Shown piece by piece: positions 37,201 to 49,980 of a stretch of DNA of 64,000 bases. The DNA comes from Oculina patagonica (lineage: Eukaryota): contig NC_135760.1 of NCBI RefSeq assembly GCF_052425735.1, positions 25,296,001 to 25,360,000 of the forward strand. The letters are read 5' to 3'. Both the position numbers and the translations under genes were made by a program. The notes beneath the pieces were generated by a model. It did not search any database, was not told the DNA's origin, and worked only from the letters and a program-made list of their open reading frames with translations. Position 1 is the stretch's first letter; every line of letters begins with the position of its first letter.

Positions 37201-39712
37201 TATTACCCTGGAAAATGTTCGTATAGTTTAATATTTGTAATATATAATAACAGTAACAAAAGGCTACTGAACTGAAATGTAGACATTCCAAACATTTTCG
37301 GATACCAGTCCATTAGTAACAACTTTTTGTTTCCTTACAATCATAAAATACAATAGAGTTTAAATATAAAATGGCTCAACAACTTCGAACAGTCTGCATT
37401 CAGCTTGTCAATGCTTTAATAGTGGCCGAAGGGAATATATTGGTATATTATAGAGTCTCACAAGTCTGTACACAAGGAGAAGTTGAATCGGTTGAGGTAA
37501 GCAGCTGAGTTGACACATCACAACTCGGTGTTATCACCGGGGGCGAATCGCAGCGTCTGTTTCCAAGAAAAATTTGCCACTGATGCTCTGAATAATATTG
37601 ATACAACTCCCGCGGGTACAACTTCACGCCTACGTTGGAGAAAACTGCGAAAAATATTCGAAATATGCGAAGGAAAGAACGAAGAAAGCACGCACGAAAG
37701 CACATTCGAAAGTACAAGGATTGCCAGCTCTGAGCCTGTTATCCTTTCATCGCTGTTGTTGCGTTTTTGCGAGAAACAAAAATAAACTTACCATTTCCCG
37801 TCGCGTCGCTGCGAAGATCTGCGAAGAAACTCATATAATTTTTCACGAACGGCCACTATTTTAACGACGTTCGGTGGCGGAATAAAACTATACTTCTCTG
37901 GATAAAACTCTGTTATGCTTTCCATGTCATTTTCGGTATTATTTTAACTTCGGATACACGTTTCGAGCAAAACAGGTTTGTGCGAATCCAAAATGGACGC
38001 CATATTGAAAGCACATGGCACATGGCATGGAGATGACGTCATTCGCCCCTGAAAAAATTTCTGGGGCGGCCAAATTGATGACCATACAAAGATAGCCCAA
38101 AAAACTCGAATAAAAACGGAATTAGGCAGCGTTCTCCTTCGTCGAACGCAATAAGAAAATGAAAGTAATATTAGGGGGTAGGGTATGTATGAGGTTCCTG
38201 GAACTGTCGCACCTCTCTTCAGATAATACACTTTTATGAGACTTATTTCAAGTACATGCTTTGGGTTTGGAGATAGGGTGATTAGGATGGAATATACAGT
38301 TGAACCCCGGTAACTCGAACTCTGAGGGGAAATGAAAAACAGTTCGAGTTAGCGGGGTCGATTGAATATTTAATTTGCCTAGTTAATAATTGATAGTTTA
38401 CACTGATTTTTCAGCTTTTCAGTAGACAGTGCAAATTAAACTTATCTCGTCAGAAACTCTAACAGGATCATAAATTCTTATGATACGAGGGGAAAATGGC
38501 TTCAAATACGTGATCTGTTCGTTGCACTAATCAATGGGCATAAGTGGGGAGTTGCAGGAACCGAAATTCGAGTTATCGGGGCAAATTTGACCCAAATTTT
38601 GATCAAGGGAAACGAAATTTAGTTCGAGTTAGCGGGGTTTTCGAGTTATCCGAGTTCGAGTTAACCGAGTAAAAATGACTGAAAAGTGAGTTCAAATCCA
38701 AGGGAAATGGTAGTTTGTTCGAGTTAGTGGGGTTGTTCGAGTTATCCGAGTTCGAGTTACCGGGGTTCTACTGTACAAGGAATGCCCAAATGGACCCCAA
38801 GAAATTAAAGGTTGCCACGCCCGTTAACGGGAAGTATCCTTGTGGCTAAGTGGAGTCTATTTACCATCACGAGTAAATATCAACTAAGGAAGTTATCCAC
38901 TTATAGAAAGTATCAGGGTTAAACTCTGTGTACAGGCACTCAACCCGGCTTCAACTTCAACTTCTTCTTGACACAATTCTGTTTTCTATGTTTCCATGCA
39001 ATGAGCCAGTGGAAAATTGTGGAAACGCAAATTACTTTTTTTGCACTTTTTGACCCCATTCGTTGAAAAATGTCCGGGTAAAACGCAAAAAAATTCAACA
39101 CCAAAAATACATGTACAGGCAGCAGCAATTTCATGTAGAAAGCTGGAGAAGAAAACATACACGTTTCCTTTGCTTGCCAACAAGCTTAAATGTTCTCCGA
39201 TACAACTGCAAAGTATACATGAATTCATTAAATAATTAATTAACTAAATAAATTATTCTGTTTGTAGATGCTCCCTTTTTTGCTTTTTGAGATTCAAGGT
39301 TCGTTACCAAAGCGATGATTTCGGTGAAGAAGGCGAAGGAGAAATTCTACTTATCGTACCAAGAGATCCGCAACGCCACGGTGGCGTCGGTGACAGAATG
39401 GATGGAAATCGTTCGACCAATGTACATCCTTTCGATGCACCCGACGGCGTGTTTTTCACTCAAGATGAAGTCAATAACTTGACTCTCTGCTGCTGTGAGT
39501 GTTGTCATCGAAAAGCTTGTCAGGGGTTGTCCGAGATATGTTGTAACGTCTTTCCACAGCACAGCACTGCCAATCAGTTCTTCACATCCCGGATGTTCTC
39601 GGCGTATCACTGTGAAGGGTACCGCGCATGCGTAGATGCCAATGCTGTTGGCTTTATAAAAGATGGTGAAAGAGAAGAGGAGCAAAATTATTATGTTGAT
39701 ATTAATGTGTGA
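32403..39712 (+). CDS. TM-containing patatin/cPLA2-like phospholipase, copy C (intact, ~814 aa)
   Basis: Exons 32403-33391, 34400-34898, 35447-35637, 36464-36808, 39292-39712 (or 39268-39712 with the alternative in-frame acceptor); sum 2445 nt; open frame; catalytic motifs intact. Confidence 0.88.
34193..34290. repeat. (GATT)n / (ATTC)n microsatellite
   Basis: Read directly from the sequence. Confidence 0.95.
35753..36037. mobile_element. hAT-like MITE with 8-bp TSD in intron 3 of copy C
   Basis: TSD AATAAGTC at 35745-35752 and 36038-36045; TIR cccaggg...gtacttgcagtatacatgacggg; empty site in copy A at ~6374. Confidence 0.9.
36882..38151 (-). mobile_element. Helitron/Helentron-like insertion in intron 4 of copy C
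   Basis: Absent from copy A (~7212). On the minus strand it starts with the hairpin gcgttcgacgaaggagaacgc and ends ...ctaCTAG; no TSD. Confidence 0.5.
38297..38773. mobile_element. Tc1/mariner-pogo-type MITE with TA TSD
   Basis: TA|cagttgaaccccggtaactcgaac ... gttcgagttaccggggttctactg|TA; empty site in copy A at ~7357. Confidence 0.9.
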
Positions 39713-41336
39713 CAGAAATAACCGTAGAAAGAGTGTACGCGCATCATGTGATGTCGCCTGTGAACCTTGCCAAGTGTTTCATAACAGTGCAAAAAGAAAG
39801 AAGGAGGTCAAGATTCGGAAAACGAGTTGAGAAAATTGGGCCAACTTTCCAATACACCCTATTAATGACGGTGCACCTTTAAATATTTCTCAAATATTTA
39901 TCTAGTCAGTTCTCTGAAAGTACTTTAAAGGGACTGTGTCATGTCTGAGTTAAGTTTATTTTATAACGTTTGGCTTAATACTCGCTGTGAAACTTAATAT
40001 TTGTAAAGAAATTACTTCTATGGATCTAAACGACAAAACCATAGCTTTATTACAACCAAATGTGTCTCCCGGGCGAACAAATGTTATCAACATCAAATTA
40101 ATGTTCTTCAACTTTGTTTTAATAATAATAATTTTGACATGTGTGCCGCTCAGAGGTAATATTTACATGAGGCGTCACCTGGTTCGTAAAACATCTGTCT
40201 CGTTCATTTAAACAGTTCACATTTATCCTTCGCTTTTACAGTTAAAACATCATCACTATCAACTAATAGCCTGAACAAGCAGAGGGAAAATTATTAACCG
40301 AAATGGTTTGAGCTAAATTTATAAATGTGTTTTGGAAGAGAGCGTCAATGTGACCCAATGTGATTGGCTGGCGACTAGAACATGTACACTTCCAGTTCGG
40401 TTTTTCCTTTTCAGAATTCAATTCAGAGAAGGACTATATATCTCGTATTCTACTGGAACACCCTTTCTCAAACTGGGATTTCTTAGTATTGCATGTCAAT
40501 TTGCTGTCAATATCTACGTTATTGCCTGACATCTGCTCTTAACATAACCTGATTATCTTTTGTATAACATGAAAACATCCTCTACCTGTTTTTAGGTGTT
40601 TTATTTCGTTTTAAAATTTCAATTCTAGCATATGTTTCTGTTATTAAAAAAGCCAAGAAATAGGAAGTCTTTGTCATGTGGTATTAATTGTTCACAAGCA
40701 ACAATCTTTAGCCTAGGGTTCCACATTTTCGGTGCCAGTCATTTAACAAAATATACAGTTTTATTTTTAAGTTAAATTTTCGGACGTCACATACAGTTAA
40801 ACTTTATGTAAACTGATTCAGTTTCACTTCTTCATTTTATTTTAGTAAAGGATAATGCCAGAATTTTACCCAAGAGTGTTCATTCCTTCCGGCTTTCATT
40901 TGGTATACTAGCTCCCTTTTACAAGTCACGGCTTTATAATACCAGATAAACAATTCTTCAAAAAACACATACAACGAACAACCCTCTTTCCTTACTTACA
41001 CAGACGATCATTGCAATTAAATATTTCATGGAAAAGGAATCCAAACTTATCGCCACTACAGATTACTCGCGTGCAATGGAGGATCGTTGTTAGTTGCTAG
41101 CTGTTTCCCATGGCCAGACTCCCCAACCGTTTGGTAGGTTTGGTAGTTTCGTTTTTGCTGCTGGTTAAAGTGCGCACCTGACCCAAGAGCGACAGTATTT
41201 CACAAATTATTCCTCTGTAAAGTATTATTTCAGAGTTGCTGCCGAAGTGGGAAAATATTCATTGTGTCGATCAGTTTATAACTTTTTTATACACAGTTTT
41301 ACTTGGAAGATCTACCGGTGTCAATTGTTGCGAAAT

Positions 41337-42241
41337 CTAACTTGACGAACAACAGAACAGTTGTTTGACTGTGTCTTTCACCGCTTTTCTCACTTCTGGG
41401 ATCTTCCAACAATAAAGGAAAGGGTTTAATGACGAGTTTAAGCCCAGGACAAAAGGCGGCGTTAAACCAGTGAAGGTTGCTAATGCTGTTACAACACAAT
41501 ACGGAAGATAACACGCCAGTAATGTAAACTGTAGCCACAGCGAGCTAGAAAGAGTCTTTCTGTATCGAGCAATGTTCAGTGGTGTTTTCCCTTGGTTTTG
41601 TTGTGTTTGGGAAGATTGGTCAGGCACTCTTGTTTGGTGACGGCGAAGTTCGGCATAGATCTTGGTGTACTGAGGAGAAGGTAGCAGTCAATACACATGT
41701 CAGTATCAGCACACATCCGTACCAGAGAAAGACAAAATAATTCCAAAAACACCACGCAGCGATAGCAAAATTTATGACCCAAAAACAAACTGCAACAGCA
41801 AGAGTTTTCCTTAAAGTTACAACTTGTCGAAAACGCAACCCCAACAACAAAGCGAGAAGCCTTTCCACACTCACTGCCGTTAATGTCAACAGAGACACCC
41901 CGAAGAGAACTACACCTAACAGAAAGCTTATACCTAAGATAGGGCCACACAGAGTGTAATTTTCGTTTGCAACAGAAACAAACAGGATGGCGACCAGTGG
42001 TTGTAAAATGATGCCAACACAGAGATCTGATGTAGCTAGACAACGTAGCAGAACTTTCGATGGAGGATGAAGAGAAGGCGGCTTTTGAAGGGCAGTCAGA
42101 ATCAAAATGTTACCAATGGAAGCAATGATGGAAAAAAGGAAGTTGAAAGCTGAAAGGAATATTATTGCAGGCTTATTGTCTGGATTTGTCGAGCAAGTGA
42201 ATTCTTCGAACGTTTTCTTCATTTCTAGAGAAGTTGGACAT
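41337..42241 (-). pseudogene. GPCR G3 pseudogene
   Basis: +1 insertion after codon 8 (alternative ATG at 42222), 3-bp deletion in ICL1, frameshifting insertion at ~41670, and a 27-bp deletion in TM7 (VLG-LNSSLNP) at ~41441. Confidence 0.9.
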
Positions 42242-43011
42242 CTTTCCTTGACAGTCTAGCTCGTAAAAGCATCGTCAGCTGCATCGTAAGGCATGGTAGG
42301 AAGTCTTTCCTTGTAACGAGTCACCAGTAACTTGCCGAAGCAGTATCTGCTGCTTTAAAAAGTTGCTAGCCGGCTGGTGGCATTTCATATAGAGAGAACT
42401 GAATTATTGATAAGGGAATTGTTTACTTGATAGGGAAACTGATCCATGAGCAGACAGCTTGGCGTCCGTTATTTTATACTAAATAAATTTTGCTATTTTG
42501 TGTCTGAAGGCGCAAACGGGAAGTTGAAAAACAAGGGCAGTTGAAAAAAATGGGACGTTAAAGAATACGAAGAAAAGAATACAACAAAAAGCAAAATCAC
42601 ATTTTAAAACCGTGCTTTGGTGTAACTGGTAACTTCAGGCGCATTGGAGGGAGGGAGGGGGGGGGGGGAGGGTTCGAGCCAATCAAATCCTAGGCCGGTG
42701 TCCCCAGAGCCACTTGTTTCTCGTACACAGGCTCAGCCGGCTAAGAGGGACAAGGGGCTCTGGGGACGGAAACGGGCTCTTTACCCCTTTTCCTTTTTAC
42801 CGCACAGCGTTATTCATGAAGGGGCAACTTTTCCATTGTTTCTTTTCCATTTTTTTAAATATTTCAATAGGAATAAAAATACACACAAATATCGTATAAA
42901 TAAACAAAGAACACAATAAGTACAATGGAAAATAAACGAACATCGGAAAAATAATTTACAAAGATAATATAGTTATTAGCACTTAGATCAAAAATTACAA
43001 TACATCTTTAA

Positions 43012-43393
43012 AGGGACTATGTCACGGATTTTAACAGATTTTTGAATAACCAACATTTATATTTGTGTCGTCGGAAACTTAAAAATAATGGTCCATTTTT
43101 ATTAACAATTGCTATTTTAGAGCACTAAAACTGTTTAAAAGCGCGTTTGGCTGCGGATGGCTCAGATGGAAATTGATTGCAATTTGAAAGCGTTGGCCAA
43201 CGTTTTCAAATTGTTTCCGCGCGCCTTCAAAAAAAATCGATATTTATAGCCGAAGTTTGTTTTCTATCCCCAAATAAAGTTTATATCTTCAGTAAAATGT
43301 TCAAAGATAATTCTTTCATGAATAAATTTGCCTGACACTTATTTTGGAACAGTTTAGACCAAAACTCTGTGAAATCCCCGTGACATAACCCCT
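43012..43393. mobile_element. TTAA-type MITE (Kolobok-like)
   Basis: TTAA|agggactatgtcacg ... cgtgacataacccct|ttca. Confidence 0.75.
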
Positions 43394-43592
43394 TTCAATG
43401 ACTTTCCTAACGCTCTCTATAACTCATCATTCAATACACTCTCAGTTTAACTTTCTAATAATATCTAATTCTTTGTTTATGTTATCCTTGTCCTTACCAA
43501 AAATTAATTCACTTGGAGATAGGGTGAGAGAGGTGGCATTTTCCTTACTTAACCATTTTATAACCTCTGCGAAAAATAATTGGCTCCAATTA

Positions 43593-43820
43593 GGGACGGA
43601 CCATTATTTTCTTGGAGGGGGGGGGGATGAAAAATTTTCCTCTGCAAACTTTTTTTTAGTTTATGCACCTCTGCAAACATTTTTTTTCGAAATTCTTACT
43701 ATTTTTTGTTATACATATCGTGTTTGCAAACAATTTATTTTGTCTTTCCAGGCCCTGCAAACAATTTTTTTCAATATTTTTCATCCCACTCCCCCCTCCA
43801 AAAAAATAATGGTCCGTCCC
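43593..43820. mobile_element. PIF/Harbinger-like MITE with TTA TSD nested in the LINE
   Basis: TTA|gggacggaccattatttt ... aaaataatggtccgtccc|TTA; interrupts the LINE zinc-finger region. Confidence 0.85.
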
Positions 43821-44475
43821 TTACATTTGTAGAAAGTGTGAATTATGGAGTCATTCAATTCACAATATGGACACTTTGCGTCCTCTGCCACACCCAAAAG
43901 TAATAATTCCTTTTTGCTGACTACTATTCTGTGTAAGAGTTTGAAGTAGTATTTCCTAAGCTTATTATCTCTACATACGTTTCTTACGCTACTAAAAAAG
44001 GTTGTAGAGATGCTTGGTCAATTTGCAGGTCTCTTTCCCATTTAGATGTAGCCTTCGGGTTCAATTTTTTCTTTATTTACAAGGAGCCGGTAGTAGTCTT
44101 TGTTTTGCATTTTGGTTAATTTGATGGAGGTCTCTGGGGAGAGGTGAAACATAGTGCCTGACAACAAACCTGTTCTGTCTATACGGGGTATGACATCGCA
44201 CGTTCTACAAGATGCCTGGGTATTGCAGAAACTACTTGAAAATAAATGAGAAAGTTGCATTTAAGATCATATTTCTGAACAAATTCTGTGTAAAAAAAAG
44301 GAACTTTCCATCTGATTTTAAAAGGTCTGGTACGAGATAAATGCCTCGATCAAACCAGTCCCTATAAAAAAAAGTGCGACTGTTGATTAGAATATGTTTG
44401 TTGTTGGATAAAATTAATTCCTGACCGGACTGGTTAAGAAAGGATTCCTTTATTTCCAGAAAATGCAAGAGAATT

Positions 44476-44663
44476 AATAGGCCATTTCCGAGTTACCTAT
44501 TGCCTCTGTTCCAAAACGAGTCGACGTGCGCAACCATTCATATGAAAATGAGTTTCACCTACAGGTCCATTTTCATGCAAATCAAACTCATTTTCATTTG
44601 AATGGTTTTGCACGTAGACTCGCTTTGAAACAGAGGCAAAGGGTAACTCGGAAATGGCCAATT
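44476..44663. mobile_element. Short MITE nested in the LINE
   Basis: TIR aataggccatttccgagttac / gtaactcggaaatggccaatt. Confidence 0.85.
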
Positions 44664-46722
44664 TGTAGAACTGGGACAGATCATTCTGCACGAAGAAATT
44701 TTTGTCGTAATTGCATCGTAATAGAAAGTTTAAACCACCACATTTTTCAAAAAAGTAATTAGAAATCGTCTTCCAAGATTCCCTGCAGGTTGGCTTATCT
44801 GCTAGAAGTCTGGAAATCCAAGCTAACTTTAATGATTTTGCTAAGACATCTATACTAGGAGCCCGCAAACCACCTTAATCATAATCTAAGATCATGAATT
44901 TACGCATAAGTTTGTCCTTTTTATTTTTCCAAATGAATTTCAAACATGGTTGAATTTACCGCCCCAAGGTATTCCCGAGGGACATCGAGGATAGAAATGT
45001 ATCTACCAGTTGCGAGATGCCCAGGCTTTTCGTAGTGTAAGATTCCGGCAGTTCCAAATATCAAGAATGGTCTTCAATTTTTGCAGTTTTAACGTGAAAT
45101 TGGATTTTTCATTTTCTTCCTCGTTGTAAGAAATAAAAGTACCCAACACACGGATTGGTTTTTCAGGCCATTGAAATCCAAAGGGTTTGTCTTTTCTATG
45201 TCTCCACGATCCCAGCCACAGATCTGGTTTTCGATGGGTTCAATTTCAAGCCGGAGATATCGCCAAAATTAACTAGTACAGCGATTGCTTTTTTTACCGA
45301 ATTACAATTACTGTTAAGAAGGGTGGTATCATCAGCAAACTGCCTTAAATTTTCATTTTATAAACAGAAAAGATAAAGTTAATTCGTACGCGGTTTAATA
45401 TCTAGCAGTTATAATCTGCAGCTGCCCGTGGGGCAAGGTTTCCAGACCAAAGACAGTCACAAGAGAAATATTTCCAATCCTAATGGGTAGTTATGGAAAA
45501 CGCAGAGTTAAAACGTCAGAACTGATTGCTGCAAATTGTTCTCGGGTACGCTGAAGAGTGCGATGTTTACATGGCTTGGCTCCACGTCAACTCACCGCAT
45601 ACAGAGAATTAAAACTAATTATACCTGATTATGCAGATAATCCAAGCACGTTTAAGGCGGGGTTTTGCCTGAAGGTCGTTTTTCCAACGCTTAATTAATA
45701 TGGGTTTAACAGAAATATCTCGTTCGCGTTTTAAGAAATCCAAAAACGCTTAATTCATCCCATATATCTATGTTTTGTGGTGTTTTGCACATTTTTGGGG
45801 ATTTTGGGGAGGAGATAGTTTTTCTTAAATAATTAGTAAAATTTAGAGAAATAAAAAATATTGGAGATTTAAGGTGATTTTAAAATTAGAATATGAAGTT
45901 AAAAATTGATAGACGGACACCAAACAGTCCCCCTGACAACCTGGAGTGCTCTTGCGTCAGGGTCAACTGACTGGTGGTGTTTAATTTTTTTTTCTTTTAT
46001 CAATCTCTTCTTTAAACCACTTAAAATTTCATTTAAATTCAGGAGGAACCCCATCTTAATATAGGGTATTTTATTAGTTTTGTTGTGTTCTTGGGCTTCC
46101 CTGCAGCTTCATCTTGCTGTGTCATTTAACTTTCCCTGTTCTTTAACTTCCGGTGTTTTTTTTTTTTTTTTTACAAAGTTAACTTCAAACACGGTCTTTT
46201 TGTAGCTTGCCCAGCTGTCTTTCCAATGTTTCAGTTTCCCTTTTAAATCAAACAATTCCCTGGCAACCTGCCAGCTATCATGCTGTAATGCAACGCTTTA
46301 GAAATTTGGCCCCGGATGCTGCCTGGTCATCTCACTGGTAACTCGTTAAACTTCCTGTGATGATGAAACTGGTGCTTTTAAGAGCTGGCCTCTTGAAAAG
46401 GAAAGATGTCTAACTCCACTAGAAATAGACACAAAATAGCCTTCAAACAGCCTTCTTACAGCTTGCTTACGGTGTTGGGCTGGTTTGAATTTATTCAGTT
46501 TAAAATAACAGACGCCAAGCTGTCTGCTCATGCATCAGTTTCCTGTCAAGTAAAACAGTCCCCTAATCAATAATTCAGTTCTCTCTATATAAAATGCCAC
46601 CAGCCGGCTATCATGCAGCCTAGACACAGATACTGCTTCGGCAAGTTACTGGTGACTCGTTACAAGAAAAGACTTCCTACCATGCCTTACGATGCTTTTA
46701 TGAGCTAGACTGTCAAGGAAAG

Positions 46723-47652
46723 ATGTCAAACTTCTCTAGAAATGAAGAAAACGTTCGAAGAATTAATTTGCTCGACAAATCCAGACAATAAGCCTGCAAT
46801 AATATTCCTTTCAGCTTTCAACTTCCTTTTTTCCATCATTGCTTCCATTGGTAACATTTTGATTCTGACTGCCCTTCAAAAGCCGTCGACTTCTCTTCAT
46901 CCTCCATCGAAAGTTCTGCTGCGTTGTCTAGCTACATCAGATCTCTGTGTTGGCATCATTTTACAACCACTGGTCGCCATCCTGTTTGTCTCTGTTGCAA
47001 ACGAAAATTGGACTCTGTGTGGCCCTATATTAGGCATAAGCTTTCTGTTAGGTGTAGTTCTCTTCGGGGTCTCTCTGTTGACATTAACGGCAGTGAGTGT
47101 GGAAAGGCTTCTTGCTTTGTTGTTGGGGTTACGATTTCGACAAGTTGTAACTGTTAGAAGAACTCTCGCTGTTACAGTTTGTTTTGGGTCATAAATTTTG
47201 CTATCGCTGCGTGGTGTTTTTGGAATTATTTTGTCTTTCTCTGGTACGGATGCGTGTTGATAATGACATGTGTATTAACCTCCACCTACACTAACACCAA
47301 GATCTATGCCGATCTTCGCCGTCACCAAACAAGAGTGCAAGACCAATCTTCCCAAACACAACAGAACCAAGGGGAAGCGCCACTGAACATTGCTCGATAC
47401 TGAAAGACCCTTTCTAGTTCGCTGTGGATACAGTTTACTTTACTGTCGTGTTATCTTCCGTATTGTGTTGTAACAGCATTAGCAACCTTCACCGGTTTAA
47501 CGCCACCTCTCGTCCTGGGATAGAGGTTTACAACACCAGTTGTATTCCTAAACTCGTCATTAAACCCTTTCCTTTATTGTTGGAAGATCCCAGAAGTGAG
47601 ACAAGCGGTGAAAGACACAGTCAAACAACTGTTCTCTTGTTCGTCAAGTTAG
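46723..47652 (+). pseudogene. GPCR G4 pseudogene
   Basis: Same +1 insertion as G3 near the start, 1-bp deletion at ~47183, TGA at 47401-47403 (AGA>TGA) and TAG at 47521-47523 (TGG>TAG). Confidence 0.92.
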
Positions 47653-48076
47653 ACGTCGCAACAATTGACACCGGGAGATCTTCCAAGTACAATTGTGTAC
47701 GAGTAGAAGTATTTATCTGATCAACACGTTAAATATTTTTCAACTTCGGTAGCAACTCTGAAATAACACTATACAGAGGAGTAATTTGTGAAATACTGTC
47801 GCGCTGGGATCAGGAACCCTCTTCAACCAGCAACAACAACAGCAAATGGTATTGTATTTGGTTGGGAAGTCTGGCCATGGGAAAAAGCTAACAACAGTCC
47901 TCCAATGCGCGCGAGTAATCTACAACGGCGATAAGTTTTATTTGGATCCCTTTTCCATGAAATAGTTTTAAATTACAATGATCGTCTGTGTAAGTAAGAA
48001 AACAGCTTTGTTCGTTTTGTGTTCTTTTGAAGAACTAGTAACATGGTATTATAAAGCGACTTGTAAAAGGGAACTA

Positions 48077-48759
48077 CTACTACTTACTACTTAAACCCTT
48101 AAGTTCCTGTGGAACATAGGTCGTCCATCAGAGATCGCCATCTTTCCCTGTCCTTGGCCACTTTTTCCAGTTGGTTCCAACTCATCCCAGTTTGTTGTAC
48201 TTCAGCCTCAGTTGATCTTCTCCATGTTGTTTTAGGCCTTCCTCGGTTCCTTTTACCCTGAGGTGTCCATCGAAGGGCATGCCTGGTGACATTGGCAGAT
48301 GGCTTTCTCAGCGTATGGCCTAGCCAGCGCCATTTCCTTTTCCTGACTTGCAGGTGGAGAGGGTGTTGTTCTGCTCTCTTCCATAGATCTTCATTTCTCG
48401 GAGGATATGCCGGAGACAACGGTTAACGAAGGTCTGTATCCTGTTGTTGGAGGCTTTGGTGACACGCCAGGTTTCACAGGCATACAGAAGGACACTCTTC
48501 ACATTGGTATTGAAGATTCGAAGTTTGGTCTTCACTGAGATTGCACGTGATCTCCATATTGGTCTTAGGATATGAAATGCAGTTGTGGCCTTCCCGATCC
48601 TTGCTATGATGTCCTGGTCTGTTCTACTCTCACTAGAGACAATGCTGCCAAGATAGGTGAACTTTTCGATGTCTTGGATTTCGTCTCCTCCGATGTCAAA
48701 GTTGGTATTGTTTCTGTGGTTTACTCTCAAGCTCTTCGTCTTTTGGATGTTAATCTTTT
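48077..48759 (-). mobile_element. 5'-truncated RTE-clade LINE with (AGT)n-like tail and AACTA TSD
   Basis: FTYLGSIV, IIARIGKA, TKLRIFNTNVKSVLLYACETW, RKWRWLGHTLRK, GKRNRGRPKTTW; TSD at 48072-48076 and 48760-48764; empty sites at ~21212 and ~54232. Confidence 0.92.
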
Positions 48760-49524
48760 AACTAGCATACTAGTTAAATCCCGGCGAGAATCGACATTAT
48801 TGGGCTAAATTCTGCCATTATTCTCTATACTTTAGTAAATAAAATAAAGAAATGCAAATCAGCTTGCATTAAATTTAACTGTATGTCACGTCGCAAAATT
48901 TCACTTAAAAAATCGTTTATTTTGTTAAATGACTCATTGAGAATATGGAACTCTAGGTTACATCTGTAAGCAATATCATAGGGCAAATGTTTACTATTTC
49001 TGATATTCTTGCTTTTCTAGCAGCGAAACATATGTTAGAATTGAAATTTAAAAATGAGATAAAATCTGATAGAGGATGTTTTCATATTAGTAATATAAAT
49101 GCTAATCAGACTATGTTAAAAGCAGATGATGGTTCAAAGAAAAGTAAACTTTTTAATAAGGACCCTTCATGACAGTAAATTGACATGCAATACTAAGAGA
49201 TCCTATGTTAAGAAAGGGTTTACCAATAAGATTAGAGATATTTCTGAGAAAGAATTACTGAACAGGAAATGTTCTAGTCGCCAGCCAATCATATTGTTGC
49301 TCTCTTCCAAAACACATCTGTAATTTAAAATATTTCTGTTAATAATTTTTCTCTCTGTTTATTCAGGGTATTAGTTTTTGTCATGATTTTCTACCTGCAA
49401 AAGCATGGAATAAATATGAACGGTTTTACTAAACGAAGCAGATGTTTTCCCGCTCTTTGCTCTCCCTGTTAAACTAGCAGATGCCTCCAACATGTAAATA
49501 CTACCTAATATTATCAGAGGCATA

Positions 49525-49980
49525 CCGTATTTTCTCAATTAAACGCCCCGGCGTTTATTTCAAACTTGGCTTGGTGAACCCGGCGTTTATTTGAAGCCGG
49601 CGTTTAATCGGGGCCCGGCGTAACGGACTGCAATTTTTGCCAATTTTTCAGATTGATTTATTGTTACCGATCTTCGAGAGCAAGGGGCAGTTTGTCAAGG
49701 CGGGGCAATTTTTTTTCTTCGTTCTGCCCCGAGAAACTGTCCCTGGGTATCCAAAGGTGATTATTTTTCCCAAAGGTGCATTATTACGGATTGAATAGTT
49801 TATGTTGCAATCAAGATTTGTAACAAACAGAATATATTTACTTGTTAACTTCACCTCAAATAAACGCCGGGACCTCGAACAAACGCCCCCGGCGTTTTTT
49901 TAAAAACTAGCAATTTTGACCCGGCGTTTATACGAGGCCGGCGTTTAATCGGGGTCCGGCGTTTTATCGAGAAAATACGG
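49525..49980. mobile_element. Tc1/mariner-pogo-type MITE with TA TSD
   Basis: TA|ccgtattttctc ... gagaaaatacgg|TA; internal ccggcgttta repeats; empty site at ~21982. Confidence 0.9.

Larger units (their letters stand above)
43398..45350 (-). mobile_element. Decayed L1/Tx1-clade LINE ORF2 fragment (RT C-terminus to zinc finger)
   Basis: Minus strand QFADDTT at 45342-45322, FGDISGLKLNPSKT, SLKLAWISRLL, GGLNFLLRCNYD, NNKHILINSRTFFYRDW, FKLLHRIV...CPYC...DSIIHTFYKC; many stops and frameshifts. Confidence 0.85.
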
